A stretch of 41,776 nt of DNA from Caulobacter vibrioides (GCA_002280275.1 NCDQ01000006.1:1-41776); one strand, 5' to 3'. Numbered from the stretch's first letter, positions 1 to 12,380 are shown. Notes: generated from the letters alone by a model not told the origin. Numbers and translations: made by a program.

Positions 1-1896
<1,896 letters not shown>

Positions 1897-1980
1897 ATTT
1901 CTTCTTTCGGTTCCCGCGGGCGGATTCCCGTCGGGGCGGACAGGGGCGGACGACCTAACGACAGGCCGGCCCGATGATCC

Positions 1981-2358
1981 TCATCCAGTTCGACAGACGG
2001 GTTTGAGGACGTGAACCCTCGGACGGACGAACGGCGATCCCAATACGAGGAGCGCCGCTTGGGAACGGAGGGCGCCCGGTCTGTCTCGGGACGCCTGGTT
2101 CCAAATACGCGATCCCAGGGACTGGTAGCGAGCGGCGTCGGACTTCTTCAGGTGGTCGAGGAGCCGGCGACGCTGGGAAACCAGCTTCAGCAGGCCACGA
2201 CGGCTGTGGTTGTCCTTCTTGTGCGTCTTGAAGTGCTCGGTCAGGTTCGAAATGCGTTCCGAGAGGATCGCGACCTGGACTTCGGCGCTGCCGGTGTCAC
2301 CCGTGCTACGGGCGTGTTCGGCGATGAGAGCGGCCTTGCGCTCGAGAGTGATCGACAT
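1981..2358 (-). pseudogene. rpsO: 30S ribosomal protein S15; last ~8 codons and native stop missing, reads on 44 aa into the pnp leader
   Basis: ATG 2358 with [74 protein letters not shown] (81 aa) is followed by non-S15 sequence instead of the conserved I..LGLRR* end. Confidence 0.9.
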
Positions 2359-2372
2359 CGGGTTGTCTCCGC

Positions 2373-3305
2373 TCAGGTGAGTTGGAAGACCCGCACGGGA
2401 TTGAGCTTCCCAGCGCGCATCTCGCACAGGGCCACCAACCTGTCGCCGGACATGGCGGAAACGGTGCGATCGCCGGGCGGAAGCTCGGCTTTCAACGTTT
2501 CCACCTGACGCGGAAGCAGGACGATGGCGCGTCCCTGTGCAAGCCGGAAGGCGTCTTCATCGGTCACGGCCAACGCCGGGATGTCGTCCAGCGCGGTCTC
2601 GACCGGAAGCAATGCCTCCGACAGCCGGGCCTCATAGCTCAAATTCTCCAGAGTTTCCAGCGCTATCGCCGAGGCCTCGGAGAAGCCGCCTACCCGCGTG
2701 CGGCGAAGATCGGCGACGTGACCGCAGGTTCCCAAGGCCTTGGCCAGGTCCCGGACCACGGCCCGGACATAGGTGCCCTTGCCGCATTCCATCGAGAGCG
2801 TGACGTGATCGACGTCCGGCTGCTCGACCACCTTGAGGTCGAAAATGCTGACCTTGCGGGTCGGCAGCTCGAACTCGACGCCGTCGCGCGCCAGGTCGTA
2901 GGCCCGCTCGCCGTCGACCTTGATGGCCGAGAAGTTGGGCGGGATCTGATCCACCTCGCCGATGAAGGCGGGCAGCGCCGCCTCGACCTCTTCGCGGGTG
3001 GGGCGCACGTCGGAGGTCGCAGTCGTCTCGCCCTCGCGGTCCAGCGTCGTTGTGTCGCGGCCCCAGGCGATGGTGAAGCGATAGGCCTTGTCGGCGTCCA
3101 TCAGGAACGGGACGGTCTTGGTGGCCTCGCCCAATGCGATGGGCAGGATCCCGGTCGCCAGCGGATCCAGCGTGCCCGCGTGGCCGCCCTTCTGAGCGTT
3201 GAACGCGCGACGCACGCGGGAGACGGCCGTGGTCGAGGTCAGGTCGTAGGGCTTGTCCAGGCACAGCCAGCCCGAGACGGCCTCGCCCTTCTTGCGGCGG
3301 GCCAT
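2373..3305 (-). CDS. truB: tRNA pseudouridine(55) synthase
   Basis: [45 protein letters not shown] motifs; sits between rbfA and rpsO. Confidence 0.97.
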   Translation of the reverse strand: MARRKKGEAVSGWLCLDKPYDLTSTTAVSRVRRAFNAQKGGHAGTLDPLATGILPIALGEATKTVPFLMDADKAYRFTIAWGRDTTTLDREGETTATSDVRPTREEVEAALPAFIGEVDQIPPNFSAIKVDGERAYDLARDGVEFELPTRKVSIFDLKVVEQPDVDHVTLSMECGKGTYVRAVVRDLAKALGTCGHVADLRRTRVGGFSEASAIALETLENLSYEARLSEALLPVETALDDIPALAVTDEDAFRLAQGRAIVLLPRQVETLKAELPPGDRTVSAMSGDRLVALCEMRAGKLNPVRVFQLT

Positions 3306-3307
3306 GC

Positions 3308-3769
3308 CTAGGCCTCGTCTTCGTCGTCGACCACGTCGGACAGGCGGCGGGTGTCCTGCTGGACGCGCGGGTCCAGGAACAGCTGGTCCATATAGGCGGC
3401 CGTGCCGAAGCTCTCGTCGTGGATGAACTTCAGGTCCGGGGTGAACTTCATGTCGATGCTGCGGCCCAGGCGCCCGCGCAGGAACTTCGACACCCGGTTC
3501 AGGCCCTTGATGATCTCGCCGGTGTTCTTGGCGGCGTCCTGGCCGGCCAGGCCCGCGCCCAGCGGCTCGACGAAGCAGATGGCGTGTTTCAGGTCCGGGC
3601 TCATCCGCACCTCGGAGACGGTGACCGAGATGTTCTGCAAAGCCTCGTCTTGCAGCTCCTCCTCGCGGAGGATCTCCACGAGGGCGTGGCGGATCAGTTC
3701 GCCGGCGCGGAGCTGGCGTTGCGAGGGGCCGGCCAGAGCGCCCTTCTTGGTGTCAGATTGGCGCTTCAT
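3308..3769 (-). CDS. rbfA: 30S ribosome-binding factor A
   Basis: [39 protein letters not shown]; synteny with truB. Confidence 0.96.
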   Translation of the reverse strand: MKRQSDTKKGALAGPSQRQLRAGELIRHALVEILREEELQDEALQNISVTVSEVRMSPDLKHAICFVEPLGAGLAGQDAAKNTGEIIKGLNRVSKFLRGRLGRSIDMKFTPDLKFIHDESFGTAAYMDQLFLDPRVQQDTRRLSDVVDDEDEA

Positions 3770-3875
3770 GGCGCGATCGTCCTTGTGGCCCGGCCGGCGG
3801 ATCGAACGCCGGTGCGCGGGGAAAATCGGAAGGCGCGGTGTCTAGGCCTCCCAGCGGCGAATGTCCAGCCGCGCC

Positions 3876-4664
3876 TCAGGCTCCCGTCTTCTCCTTGAAG
3901 AACGCGATCACCTTGTCGCGCGCCCTCATGCTCCCGCTGTTCGGGACCGAGCGATGCAGGTGCAGGGTCAGCACCGAGTGAGGGTCCATCGGCTGACCCG
4001 GGGCGGCGTCCGCGTCGGCGAGCTCCACCACCTCGATCTTGTCGCCGAACTCGGCTTTCAGGCGGGCGATACGGGCGTCGGGCACCAGCTTGTCGGAGGT
4101 GAAGCGCATCGCGATCAGTGACAGGTTCTCGTCCTGGAACCGCTTCTTGGCGCAGGCGAGCTCGGACGCCGAGCAGTCGAGGCCGCCCTTGTCCCTCAAC
4201 GGCAGCGACGGCTGAGAGAGCACCGGCGCCACGACCGAGGGCTCGGTCATCATCGCCAAGGCGAAGCCGCCGGTGAAGCACATGCCCACCGCGCCTACGC
4301 CCTTGCCGCCGCAGTCCTGGTGGGCCTTGCGGGCCAGGGCGCGCAGCCAGTCGACGATCGGGCTGGAGCGGCCGTCCTTCCAGACGGTGAACTCGCGCCG
4401 TACACAGATGTTCTTGAGGATCTCGCCGATCGCGTAGCCGCGAGCGACCTGTTTGCCGGGCTTGCCGAACAGGCTGGGGCAATAGGCGGTCAGGCCCGCG
4501 TCGGCGAGGTCGCGGGCGAAGGCCAGAACCCCCGGATGCAAGCCTGGAACTTCGTGGATCACGATCACGGCCGGACCGGCGCCGATCTTGTAGACCTCGC
4601 GCGACCAACGGCCGTCGTCGAAGTCGAAACGCTCGAAGCCCGCCAGCACGGTGTCGTTCGCCAT
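3876..4664 (-). CDS. Dienelactone hydrolase family alpha/beta hydrolase
   Basis: VIVIHEVPGL, nucleophile elbow GAVGMCFTGG, D in FTSDKLV, H in HSVLT; GGAGG RBS. Confidence 0.85.
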   Translation of the reverse strand: MANDTVLAGFERFDFDDGRWSREVYKIGAGPAVIVIHEVPGLHPGVLAFARDLADAGLTAYCPSLFGKPGKQVARGYAIGEILKNICVRREFTVWKDGRSSPIVDWLRALARKAHQDCGGKGVGAVGMCFTGGFALAMMTEPSVVAPVLSQPSLPLRDKGGLDCSASELACAKKRFQDENLSLIAMRFTSDKLVPDARIARLKAEFGDKIEVVELADADAAPGQPMDPHSVLTLHLHRSVPNSGSMRARDKVIAFFKEKTGA

Positions 4665-4721
4665 CTTGTCCCCTCCGCTTTTCAGCGAGGCTAGACCCTG
4701 TCCGCCCGGCTGGCGAGGGAT

Positions 4722-5297
4722 CTAGTTGGAGACGTCCGGACGCTGAGGGTTATCGGTCCAGTCCGACATCGGATCGGGGGTGCGATTGTCCGGCAGCCGC
4801 CATTCGCCGCGATAGGAAAAGTCGAGGGTTCCGCACAGCCGGGCCTCGCCCGACGCCTTGGGACCGTCGCCGAACGCCTGGATCCGCAGGTCGCGGCGCA
4901 CCGCGATGGGGCTGAAGGACAGCCAAAGCCGCGTGGAGCCTGGACAGAAGGCGCGCAGATAGATCTTGCCCTGCGCCGCCGAGGCGTCGACCTCGTACAG
5001 GGCGGCGTTGGCGTCGACGCCGCTCATCGCCGACAGGCCGCCGGGGCCAAGGTCCTTCGACCGCGCGGACTTCAGCATCGCCTGGGCCGGAACGCCTGTG
5101 GCCAGCACCTTGATTGGTCGACTGGCGCCCAGCAGGCCGTCCTTGAAGAGGATCGTCACCCCCGCCCCCGTCAGCCTTTTGGCGTCAGCCGAGATCGGAT
5201 CGTACGAGAACATCCGCGTCTCGGCCTTGGCGGCGGAGGACATCGCGCCGATTATTGTCATCGCGACGACCGCGCTGTGGACGATCGATCGAAGCAT
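4722..5297 (-). CDS. Hypothetical exported protein (signal peptide, two Cys)
   Basis: Hydrophobic N-terminus ending AKA|E; TAATG overlap with the upstream gene stop at 5295-5299. Confidence 0.75.
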   Translation of the reverse strand: MLRSIVHSAVVAMTIIGAMSSAAKAETRMFSYDPISADAKRLTGAGVTILFKDGLLGASRPIKVLATGVPAQAMLKSARSKDLGPGGLSAMSGVDANAALYEVDASAAQGKIYLRAFCPGSTRLWLSFSPIAVRRDLRIQAFGDGPKASGEARLCGTLDFSYRGEWRLPDNRTPDPMSDWTDNPQRPDVSN

Positions 5298-5809
5298 TAT
5301 TTAGCGCGAATATTAGCCGCCGAGGCGTCAAAGCCCGACAGCCGCCAGCGATCACCTTCGCGACTGAAGGTCAGCAGGCAGGGGCCGTCCTTGCGCGCGG
5401 CGCAGACGCGACCGTCGCCAGTAGGGCGCAGGGCAGCGGCGATCGCCACGCGACCGGGGATCGGACGATCCGGCGTATAGCCGTAGTAGTTGGCGGCCGC
5501 GCGGAAGGTGGCCGGCCGGATCAGCGCCTCTCCGGCGGCGTCAGCCAGGGGACCGGCGGCGATGGCCGCCAGGGCCATGGCGCTGTTGCTCTGACCCGCG
5601 CGCTGCCTGGCCTCCTCCATCAACCGCGCCTCGATCTGGCCTTTGAGGGCGCGGCGGTCGACATGGGCGTCGAAGGTCGCGCGGTCGTTGTCTCGGATCG
5701 CAACCAGCAGGTCATGCACATCGCCGCCAGCGTCGAGGCGGTTGACAGTCGCGCAGGCGCTCAGCGACGCGGCGACAGCGGTCAGGGCGAGGAGGGCTTT
5801 CAGGCGCAT
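5297..5809 (-). CDS. Putative lipoprotein, DUF2939-like
   Basis: Lipobox LSAC; AIRDNDRATFDAHVDRRALKGQI and C-terminal LTFSREGDRWRLSG resemble DUF2939 (from memory, not searched). Confidence 0.7.
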   Translation of the reverse strand: MRLKALLALTAVAASLSACATVNRLDAGGDVHDLLVAIRDNDRATFDAHVDRRALKGQIEARLMEEARQRAGQSNSAMALAAIAAGPLADAAGEALIRPATFRAAANYYGYTPDRPIPGRVAIAAALRPTGDGRVCAARKDGPCLLTFSREGDRWRLSGFDASAANIRAK

Positions 5810-5863
5810 GGCAAGAGGCGTAGCGCCGGATTGGGGCGATTTCCAGTCTGAGCGTTCGCCAAG

Positions 5864-5895
5864 AAAAAGGGCGCGAGCCTTTCGACCCGCGCCCT
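5864..5895 (-). terminator. Intrinsic terminator after infB
   Basis: Minus strand AGGGCGCGGGTC-GAAA-GGCTCGCGCCCT followed by TTTT, ~25 nt after the infB stop. Confidence 0.85.
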
Positions 5896-5918
5896 GATTT
5901 CCGATCTCGCGACGGCTC

Positions 5919-8900
5919 TTAGTCGAGCTGGCGCTTGATCTCTTCGACGGTGAAGCACTCGATCGTGTCGCCGACCTTGATGTCCTGGAAGCCCGCGAAC
6001 ATCATGCCGCACTCCTGGCCGACGGGGACTTCGTTGACCTCGTCCTTGAAGCGCTTGAGCGTTTGCAGGGTGCCCAGTTCGAGAACCACGATGTCCTGAC
6101 GGATGATCCGGACCTTGGCGCCCTTGCGGACCACGCCTTCGGTGACCTTACAGCCGGCGACCTTGCCGATCTTCGAGATGTCGAAGGCCTGCAGAACCTC
6201 GGCGTTGCCAAGGAAGGTTTCGCGCTGGATCGGGGCCAGCATGCCCGAGAGCACGCCTTTGATATCGTCCAGCAGGTCGTAGATGATCGCGTAGTAGCGG
6301 ATCTCGACGCCTTCGCGTTCGGCCAGGGCTCGCGCCTGCGCCGAGGCGCGGACGTTGAAGCCGATGACCGGCGCGCCGGCGCCCTTGGCCAGCATGACGT
6401 CGCTTTCGCTGATCGCGCCGGCGCCCGACAGGATGATCCGCGCGCGGACCTCGTCGGTGGCCATCTTGTCCAGCGAACCGATGATCGCCTCGGCCGAACC
6501 TTGCACGTCGGCCTTGATGATCAGCGGAAGCTCTTTCAGCTTCTTGTCCTGCAGCTTGGCCATCATGTCGGCCATGGAAGCGCCGGCGCCGATCGGGGCC
6601 AGCGACTTCTCGCGCTTCTGGCGGATGCGGTACTCGGTCAGCTCGCGAGCGCGGGCTTCGTTCTCGACCACGGCGAAGGCTTCGCCCGGCGAGGGCACGC
6701 CGTCCAGGCCGAGGATCTCGACCGGGGTGGCGGGACCGGCTTCGGTCAGCTGCTCGTTACGCTCGTTCAACAGGGCGCGAACCCGGCCGAATTGGGCGCC
6801 GGCGACGACGATGTCGCCACGCTTCAGCGTGCCGCGGTTGACCAGGACGGTCGAAACAGCGCCACGTCCCTTGTCCAGCTTGGCCTCGATCACCACGCCG
6901 TCGGCGGTGCGGTCGGGGTTGGCCTTCAGGTCCAGCACTTCAGCCTGCAGCAGGATGGCGTCGAGCAGATCGTCCAGACCCGTGCGCGCCTTGGCCGAGA
7001 CCTCGATGATCTGGGTGTCGCCACCCAGGCTTTCGACGACGATCTCGTGCTGCAGAAGCTCGTTGACCACGCGGGTCGGATCCGAGCCTGGCTTGTCCAT
7101 CTTGTTGACGGCGACGATTATCGGCACCTCGGCGGCCTTGGCGTGTTTGATCGCCTCGATCGTCTGGGGCATCACGCCGTCGTCACCGGCCACGACCAGC
7201 ACCACGATGTCGGTGATGTTGGCGCCGCGAGCACGCATCGCCGAGAAGGCGGCGTGACCTGGCGTGTCGAGGAAGGTCACCCGTTGACCGTCCTTCAGGC
7301 GAACCTGATAGGCGCCGATGTGCTGGGTGATGCCGCCGTGCTCGCCGGCGGCCACGTCCGTCGAACGCAGGGCGTCGAGCAGGCTGGTCTTGCCGTGGTC
7401 GACGTGACCCATGATCGTCACGACCGGAGGGCGAGGCTCCATGTGATCGTCGATGTCCTCGGCGCCGATGAAGCCTTCTTCGACGTCGGCTTCCGACACG
7501 CGCTTGACGGTGTGACCAAACTCAGTGGCCACCAGCTCGGCGGTGTCATTGTCGATAACGTCGTTGATCTTCAGCATCACGCCCTGACGCATCAGGAACT
7601 TGATGATGTCGACGCCGCGCACGGCCATCCGGTTGGACAGTTCCTGCACGGTGATGACGTCGGGGATGACCACTTCACGGGCGACACGCGCCTGTTCGGT
7701 CACGCCGCCGCGGCGCTTTTCCTTTTCGCGCTCTCGGGCCCGACGGACCGAGGCGAGCGAACGCATCCGATCGGCGGAGTCGCCGTCACCGGCCACGGCC
7801 TGGATGGTCAGACGACCTTCGCGGCGCTGCGGGGCGCCCTTGACGCGCGACACGGCCTTGTTGGGCGCGGCGCTCTTGCGGCGGTCATCGTCCTCGTCGG
7901 GCCGGCGGCTGACTTCGCCGCCGGGACGCGGGGCCGAGCGCATGGCGCGCTGGATTTCCGGAGTCGCGGGAGCCGAAGCGGGAACGCCAGGGCGCGGACC
8001 GCGGGGCGGGCCGCCAGGACCGCGCGCGCCACCGGGCGCCGGGCGCGGAGCCAGGGCCGAGTAACGGACGGTCTGCTGAGGGCGATCGCCTTGCGGACGG
8101 TCGCCGCCTTGCGGACGATCACCACGATAGCCGCCGCGATCCCCTTCGGGACGCGGACCGCGCGGACGGTCGCCCTCGGGGCGCGGGGCGCGCTGGCCGA
8201 AATTGGCGTTGGCGTCGGGGCGCGGCGCGCGCTGATTGAACGGACGGTCGCCTTGCGGGGTCGGACGATAGGTCGTCGTGCTGGGACGATCGTCGCGACG
8301 CTCGCGGCTGGGTTCGTAGGTGCGTGTCTGACCAGCCGACGGAGGGCGCGTGTCCTGACGCGGGGCGTCTTGGCGCGGAGCCGGGGGCGCGGTCGGGGCT
8401 TGAGCCACCGGTCGCGGCGCCTGAGGCGCGGCGGGCGGCGGGGTCACGGGCGCTACAGGCGCTACAGGCGCTGCGGGCGCGGCCGGCGTCTGCGCGACGG
8501 GCGGCGGTGCAGCGGCGGCGCGCTCGGCCGCAGCCTTGGCGGCGGCTTCGCGTTGAGCGGCTTCCTGCGCCGCGCGGGCGCGGGCTTCCGCAGCGGCTTG
8601 TTCGGCCGCCTGGCGGGCCTGAGCCTCACGCGCGGCGTCGACGACGCGTTGACGGGCGCGCAGTTCTTCCTGCGAGAGCCCACCGGCGGATCCGCCACCG
8701 CCACCTTGCGATTGCGACGGGCGCGGCGCGGGCGGATCGCCCTGGCGACGCTCGGCCGAGGACGGCGCGGCAAGATTGCCTGCTGCAGGCGCGTGGGGAC
8801 GCGTCCGCTTGGTTTCCACCACCACCGTCTTGGTCCGGCCGTGGCTGAAGCTCTGCTTCACGACCCCGGCGCTCACCGAGCCCTGGCGGGGCTTCAGGGT

Positions 8901-8948
8901 CATCGGGGTGCGTCCGCCGGGTCGGCCGTTTTCGTTCTCGTCGCTCAT
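5919..8948 (-). CDS. infB: Translation initiation factor IF-2 (1009 aa from ATG 8948; frame is open upstream to 9059)
   Basis: [17 protein letters not shown]-terminus; G domain [17 protein letters not shown]; LKRFKDEV C-terminus. Confidence 0.98.
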   Translation of the reverse strand: MSDENENGRPGGRTPMTLKPRQGSVSAGVVKQSFSHGRTKTVVVETKRTRPHAPAAGNLAAPSSAERRQGDPPAPRPSQSQGGGGGSAGGLSQEELRARQRVVDAAREAQARQAAEQAAAEARARAAQEAAQREAAAKAAAERAAAAPPPVAQTPAAPAAPVAPVAPVTPPPAAPQAPRPVAQAPTAPPAPRQDAPRQDTRPPSAGQTRTYEPSRERRDDRPSTTTYRPTPQGDRPFNQRAPRPDANANFGQRAPRPEGDRPRGPRPEGDRGGYRGDRPQGGDRPQGDRPQQTVRYSALAPRPAPGGARGPGGPPRGPRPGVPASAPATPEIQRAMRSAPRPGGEVSRRPDEDDDRRKSAAPNKAVSRVKGAPQRREGRLTIQAVAGDGDSADRMRSLASVRRAREREKEKRRGGVTEQARVAREVVIPDVITVQELSNRMAVRGVDIIKFLMRQGVMLKINDVIDNDTAELVATEFGHTVKRVSEADVEEGFIGAEDIDDHMEPRPPVVTIMGHVDHGKTSLLDALRSTDVAAGEHGGITQHIGAYQVRLKDGQRVTFLDTPGHAAFSAMRARGANITDIVVLVVAGDDGVMPQTIEAIKHAKAAEVPIIVAVNKMDKPGSDPTRVVNELLQHEIVVESLGGDTQIIEVSAKARTGLDDLLDAILLQAEVLDLKANPDRTADGVVIEAKLDKGRGAVSTVLVNRGTLKRGDIVVAGAQFGRVRALLNERNEQLTEAGPATPVEILGLDGVPSPGEAFAVVENEARARELTEYRIRQKREKSLAPIGAGASMADMMAKLQDKKLKELPLIIKADVQGSAEAIIGSLDKMATDEVRARIILSGAGAISESDVMLAKGAGAPVIGFNVRASAQARALAEREGVEIRYYAIIYDLLDDIKGVLSGMLAPIQRETFLGNAEVLQAFDISKIGKVAGCKVTEGVVRKGAKVRIIRQDIVVLELGTLQTLKRFKDEVNEVPVGQECGMMFAGFQDIKVGDTIECFTVEEIKRQLD
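8080..8490 (-). repeat. Low-complexity repeats in the IF-2 disordered linker (GDRPQG / PRPEGDR units; 9-bp tandem GGCGCTACA)
   Basis: Repeated GDRP motifs in the translation; ggcgctaca-ggcgctaca-ggcgctgcg at ~8449-8475. Confidence 0.7.
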
Positions 8949-9098
8949 GCGCTCGCTTGTACTTCCGCCGGGCGGTACCCGGCTAAAAAACCGTTCGTTC
9001 CATGTGAGAAAGGGGCCCGGACGTACCTCCAAAAGGAAGCCGTTTCCCCGACCCTTCACTCACGAGCCCGGCCGAACACCTGGGCTCACTCAAAGATT

Positions 9099-9148
9099 CT
9101 AGAGCTTTCCCATCCCACCGGAGGCCCGGTGAGATGGAAAAGCTCTAG
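9099..9148. repeat. Single CTAGAGC...GCTCTAG palindrome (half-CIR-like) with adjacent GATTC
   Basis: CTAGAGCTTTCCCATCCCACCGG-AGGC-CCGGTGAGATGGAAAAGCTCTAG; GANTC at 9095-9099. Confidence 0.75.
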
Positions 9149-9225
9149 TGCCTGCCAGGGTCGGCGAACCGACCGGGCGGACAGGCCCGCCGTCTTTGTC
9201 CAGGGTCCGCCAGAGGCGAAAATCC

Positions 9226-9343
9226 CTAGAGCCTGTCTGGTTTAGATGGAACCATCTAAACCAGATAAACAGGCTCTAAAATCAACCCTCTAGAGCCCTT
9301 TCAAACGCTCTAGATGTTTCCATCTAAAGCTAAAGGGCTCTAG
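9226..9343. repeat. CIR-type (Caulobacter intergenic repeat) element, 118 bp, two palindromic arms around a linker
   Basis: Arm 1 TAGAGCCTGTCTGGTTTAGATGG-AA-CCATCTAAACCAGATAAACAGGCTCTA; linker AAATCAACCCTC; arm 2 TAGAGCCCTTT..TAGATGTTTCCATCTA..AAAGGGCTCTAG; CTAG ends. Confidence 0.85.
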
Positions 9344-9990
9344 TCGTCCTCGCGTCCGTTCGCCGACCATTCGGGAGGCAGAAGCGGGCGGAAGCCGGAT
9401 AAACGCTCGACATCTAAAGTCCAGCGATCGATCCCACGCCCAGCGAGAAGCGCTGTGTGTATCACATTCTCCCCGCCCAAGGCCAAACCCAATTCGTCTG
9501 AATTGAAGGCGCCCAGCAGGCGAGGCTGATTTGCAGCCCTTCGCGCGGCGGAAAGAACCTTGCGGCGACCGTCTTCGGCGCCGTCGGCGGCCTCGACCAG
9601 CCAGGCGACCTTGCCCGTTCCCAGGGCGGCGACCACCTTTTCGAACCCCGAAATAATGACGCCGGCCTTACGCGCAAGGCCCAGGCCCTCGAGAACCCGG
9701 CGGGCCAGCAGCGCCTCGACCTGGTCAGCCAGGTCGGGCGGCGCGGTCAACTTGGTCTTGGCGGCCCGGGAGAACAGACCTTTCTTAGCGGCGGTCGTGA
9801 TCGAGTCTCGGTCCGCGCCGACCCAGACGCCGCGCCCGGGAAGTTTGCGCGCCAGATCGGGAACCACAACGCCGTCTGGCCCCGCCACGAAGCGGATCAG
9901 GCGCGCCTCATCGGTCGCTTCGCCCAGGACGATGTCCTTACGAAGGCGATTGGCTTCGGCGTGGGTCCTGGGCGCGGGGGCTTCGGTCAT
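9340..9990 (-). CDS. YlxR/DUF448 plus L7Ae-like RNA-binding protein
   Basis: LIRFVAGPDGVVVPDLARKLPGRGVW (DUF448) and LGLARKAG..SGFEKV..ELGLALGGENVIH (L7Ae-like); canonical position between nusA and infB. Confidence 0.9.
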   Translation of the reverse strand: MTEAPAPRTHAEANRLRKDIVLGEATDEARLIRFVAGPDGVVVPDLARKLPGRGVWVGADRDSITTAAKKGLFSRAAKTKLTAPPDLADQVEALLARRVLEGLGLARKAGVIISGFEKVVAALGTGKVAWLVEAADGAEDGRRKVLSAARRAANQPRLLGAFNSDELGLALGGENVIHTALLAGRGIDRWTLDVERLSGFRPLLPPEWSANGREDD

Positions 9991-10067
9991 GATCTTTCAG
10001 GCGACCTAGGAGCGCGAACGGCCCCGCGGATTGCTCCGCGAGGCCGTCCAGCACAGCTCTAAGGCGC

Positions 10068-11720
10068 TTAGGCCTCTTCCTGCTCTGCGGTGACGTCGCC
10101 TTCAGCGGCGGCCTCTTCAGCAACGTCGCCTTCACCTTCCTCGTATTCCGGCTCAGGCGGGGCCTCGACCCAGCCCATGGCGATGCGGGCGCGCATAATC
10201 AGCGCCTCGGCGTCTTCCGGCGACAGGTTGAAACTTTCCAGGATGCCCGGTTCGCGCACGCGCTCCCCGCCCTTGTTCTCGAACCAGCCGCGCATGTCGT
10301 CGGGCACCAGACCCGCAAGATCCTCGACCGACTTCACGTCGCCTTCGCCGAGGGCCACGGCCATGGCCAGGGTCACGCCCTCGATGGCCAGGACCTCGTC
10401 CTCGACGCCCAGCGCCTTGCGCTTGGCGTCCAGCTCGGCGGCTTCCTTTTCCAGGAACTCGCGGGCGCGAGCCTGCAGTTCCTCGGCGGTTTCCTCATCG
10501 AAGCCTTCGATCGAGGCGATTTCATGCGGCTCGACATAGGCGACGTCTTCCACCGCGGCGAAGCCTTCGGTGACCAGCAGCTGGGCGATGACTTCGTCGA
10601 CGTCCAGGGCTTCTTGGAACAGGGCCGTACGCTCGGCGAACTCGCGCTGACGGCGCTCGCTCTCCTGGCTTTCGGTCATGATGTCGATTTGCCAGCCGGT
10701 CAGCTGCGAGGCCAAGCGCACGTTCTGGCCGCGACGGCCGATGGCCAGCGACAGCTGTTCGTCCGGCACCACGACTTCGACGCGCTCGTCTTCCTCGTCC
10801 ATGACGACCTTGGAGACTTCGGCGGGAGCCAGGGCGTTGACGATGAAGGTGGCTTCGTCTTCCGACCACTGGATGATGTCGATCTTCTCGCCCTGCAGTT
10901 CGGCCACGACGGCCTGAACGCGCGAGCCGCGCATGCCGACGCAGGCGCCGACGGGGTCGATCGAGCCGTCGTTGGAGATGACGGCCATCTTGGCGCGCGA
11001 GCCCGGGTCGCGGGCCACGGCGCGGATCTCGATGACGCCATCATAGACTTCCGGCACTTCCTGGGCGAACAGCTTGGCCATGAAGCCGCCGTGGGCGCGG
11101 CTCAGCATGATCTGCGGGCCTTTGGTCTCGCGACGGACGTCGTAGATGTAGGCGCGGATCCGGTCGCCGACATTGAAGTTTTCGCGCGGGATCGACTGAT
11201 CGCGGCGCATGATGCCTTCGCCGCGGCCAAGGTCGACGATCACGTTGCCGTATTCGACGCGCTTGACGCTGCCGTTGACGATCTCGCCGACGCGATCCTT
11301 GTACTCGTCGTACTGACGCTCGCGCTCGGCCTCGCGGACCTTATGCATGACGACCTGACGGGCCATCTGGGTCTGCACACGGCCGATCTCGAACGGCGGG
11401 AGCACTTCTTCGTAGACCTTGCCGATCTCGGCGTCGCGCCAGGTGCGCTTGGCGATCGAGAACGGCATCTTGCCGATCTCGCCTTCCAGGTCGGTTTCGT
11501 CGGCGACGACTTCGATCACGCGCTTTTGCGTCGTTTCGCCCGTCTTGGGGTCGATCTTGACGCGGATGTCGTGCTCGGCGCCGTAGCGGGCGCGGGCGGC
11601 TTTCTGCAGCGCGTCCTCGATCGCCTCGATGACGACTTCCTTCTCGATGCCCTTTTCGCGGGCGACCGCGTCGGCGATCTGCAGGAGTTCAAGCCGGTTG
11701 GCGGCGATGCCGATGGCCAT
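10068..11720 (-). CDS. nusA: Transcription termination/antitermination factor NusA
   Basis: S1 and KH domains; [48 protein letters not shown]. Confidence 0.98.
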   Translation of the reverse strand: MAIGIAANRLELLQIADAVAREKGIEKEVVIEAIEDALQKAARARYGAEHDIRVKIDPKTGETTQKRVIEVVADETDLEGEIGKMPFSIAKRTWRDAEIGKVYEEVLPPFEIGRVQTQMARQVVMHKVREAERERQYDEYKDRVGEIVNGSVKRVEYGNVIVDLGRGEGIMRRDQSIPRENFNVGDRIRAYIYDVRRETKGPQIMLSRAHGGFMAKLFAQEVPEVYDGVIEIRAVARDPGSRAKMAVISNDGSIDPVGACVGMRGSRVQAVVAELQGEKIDIIQWSEDEATFIVNALAPAEVSKVVMDEEDERVEVVVPDEQLSLAIGRRGQNVRLASQLTGWQIDIMTESQESERRQREFAERTALFQEALDVDEVIAQLLVTEGFAAVEDVAYVEPHEIASIEGFDEETAEELQARAREFLEKEAAELDAKRKALGVEDEVLAIEGVTLAMAVALGEGDVKSVEDLAGLVPDDMRGWFENKGGERVREPGILESFNLSPEDAEALIMRARIAMGWVEAPPEPEYEEGEGDVAEEAAAEGDVTAEQEEA

Positions 11721-11722
11721 GG

Positions 11723-12298
11723 TCAGTCCTCTTCACTTTCGGACAGGTCTTCGTTTTCGGATTCGAGGCGAGCGGCCCGTTGCTTGGCCCCCCGCTCCAT
11801 CAGGGCGTCGGTCATGACGAGCTTGGCGTCGATAACCCACGCGAAGGGGAAGTAGACGGTGACGTCGTCCTCGCCCTCGATGTTCAGGCCCACCTGGTCG
11901 TCCTCGACCCCGGCGAGTTCGCCCTTGAAGCGCTTGCGGCCCTCGGCCACGCGATCGAGTTCGATGCGAGCCTCAAGGCCGGCATAGTCGTCGAAGTCCT
12001 TCAGGCGGGTCAGCGGTCGGTCGATGCCGGGGCTGGAGACTTCCAGGGTGTACTCGCCGGCGATCGGATCGGCCGCGTCCAGCACTTCGGAGACGGCGCG
12101 CGACAGCTTGGCGCAGTCCTCGACGTTCATGTCGCCGCCGCTGCCGTCTTCCAGCAGCGGGTGCTCGGCCATGATCTGCAGGCGGCGTTGCTCGGTCCCG
12201 CCCATCAGGCGCAGGCGAACAATCTCGTAGCCGAGGCTCTCGGCCACGGGATCGAGCATCTCGATCAGGTCACGGTCTTCCTGCGTCTTCCCGCGCAC
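11723..12298 (-). CDS. rimP: Ribosome maturation factor RimP (GTG start)
   Basis: [38 protein letters not shown]. Confidence 0.96.
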   Translation of the reverse strand: MRGKTQEDRDLIEMLDPVAESLGYEIVRLRLMGGTEQRRLQIMAEHPLLEDGSGGDMNVEDCAKLSRAVSEVLDAADPIAGEYTLEVSSPGIDRPLTRLKDFDDYAGLEARIELDRVAEGRKRFKGELAGVEDDQVGLNIEGEDDVTVYFPFAWVIDAKLVMTDALMERGAKQRAARLESENEDLSESEED

Positions 12299-12346
12299 GG
12301 TCTCTCAACTCAAGCTCTGGGCCGGCGGCGCTGAGACCGTTCGGCC

Positions 12347-12380
12347 AAACAAAAAGCGGCAGCCTTTCGGGCCGCCGCTC
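12347..12380 (-). promoter_or_regulatory. rimP-leader terminator/attenuator
   Basis: Minus strand GAGCGGCGGCCC-GAAA-GGCTGCCGCT followed by TTTTGTTT, ~50 nt upstream of the rimP start, with no gene upstream on that strand to terminate. Confidence 0.8.

Noticed and set aside
6063-9245. 1060-aa plus-strand ORF, and similar long antisense ORFs over nusA, metK and fadJ
   Set aside because: Codon-register mirrors of highly expressed genes, with no independent RBS or domain signal.
9099-9343. Repeated palindromes as a CRISPR array
   Set aside because: No regularly spaced direct repeats with unique spacers and no cas genes; the architecture fits CIR.
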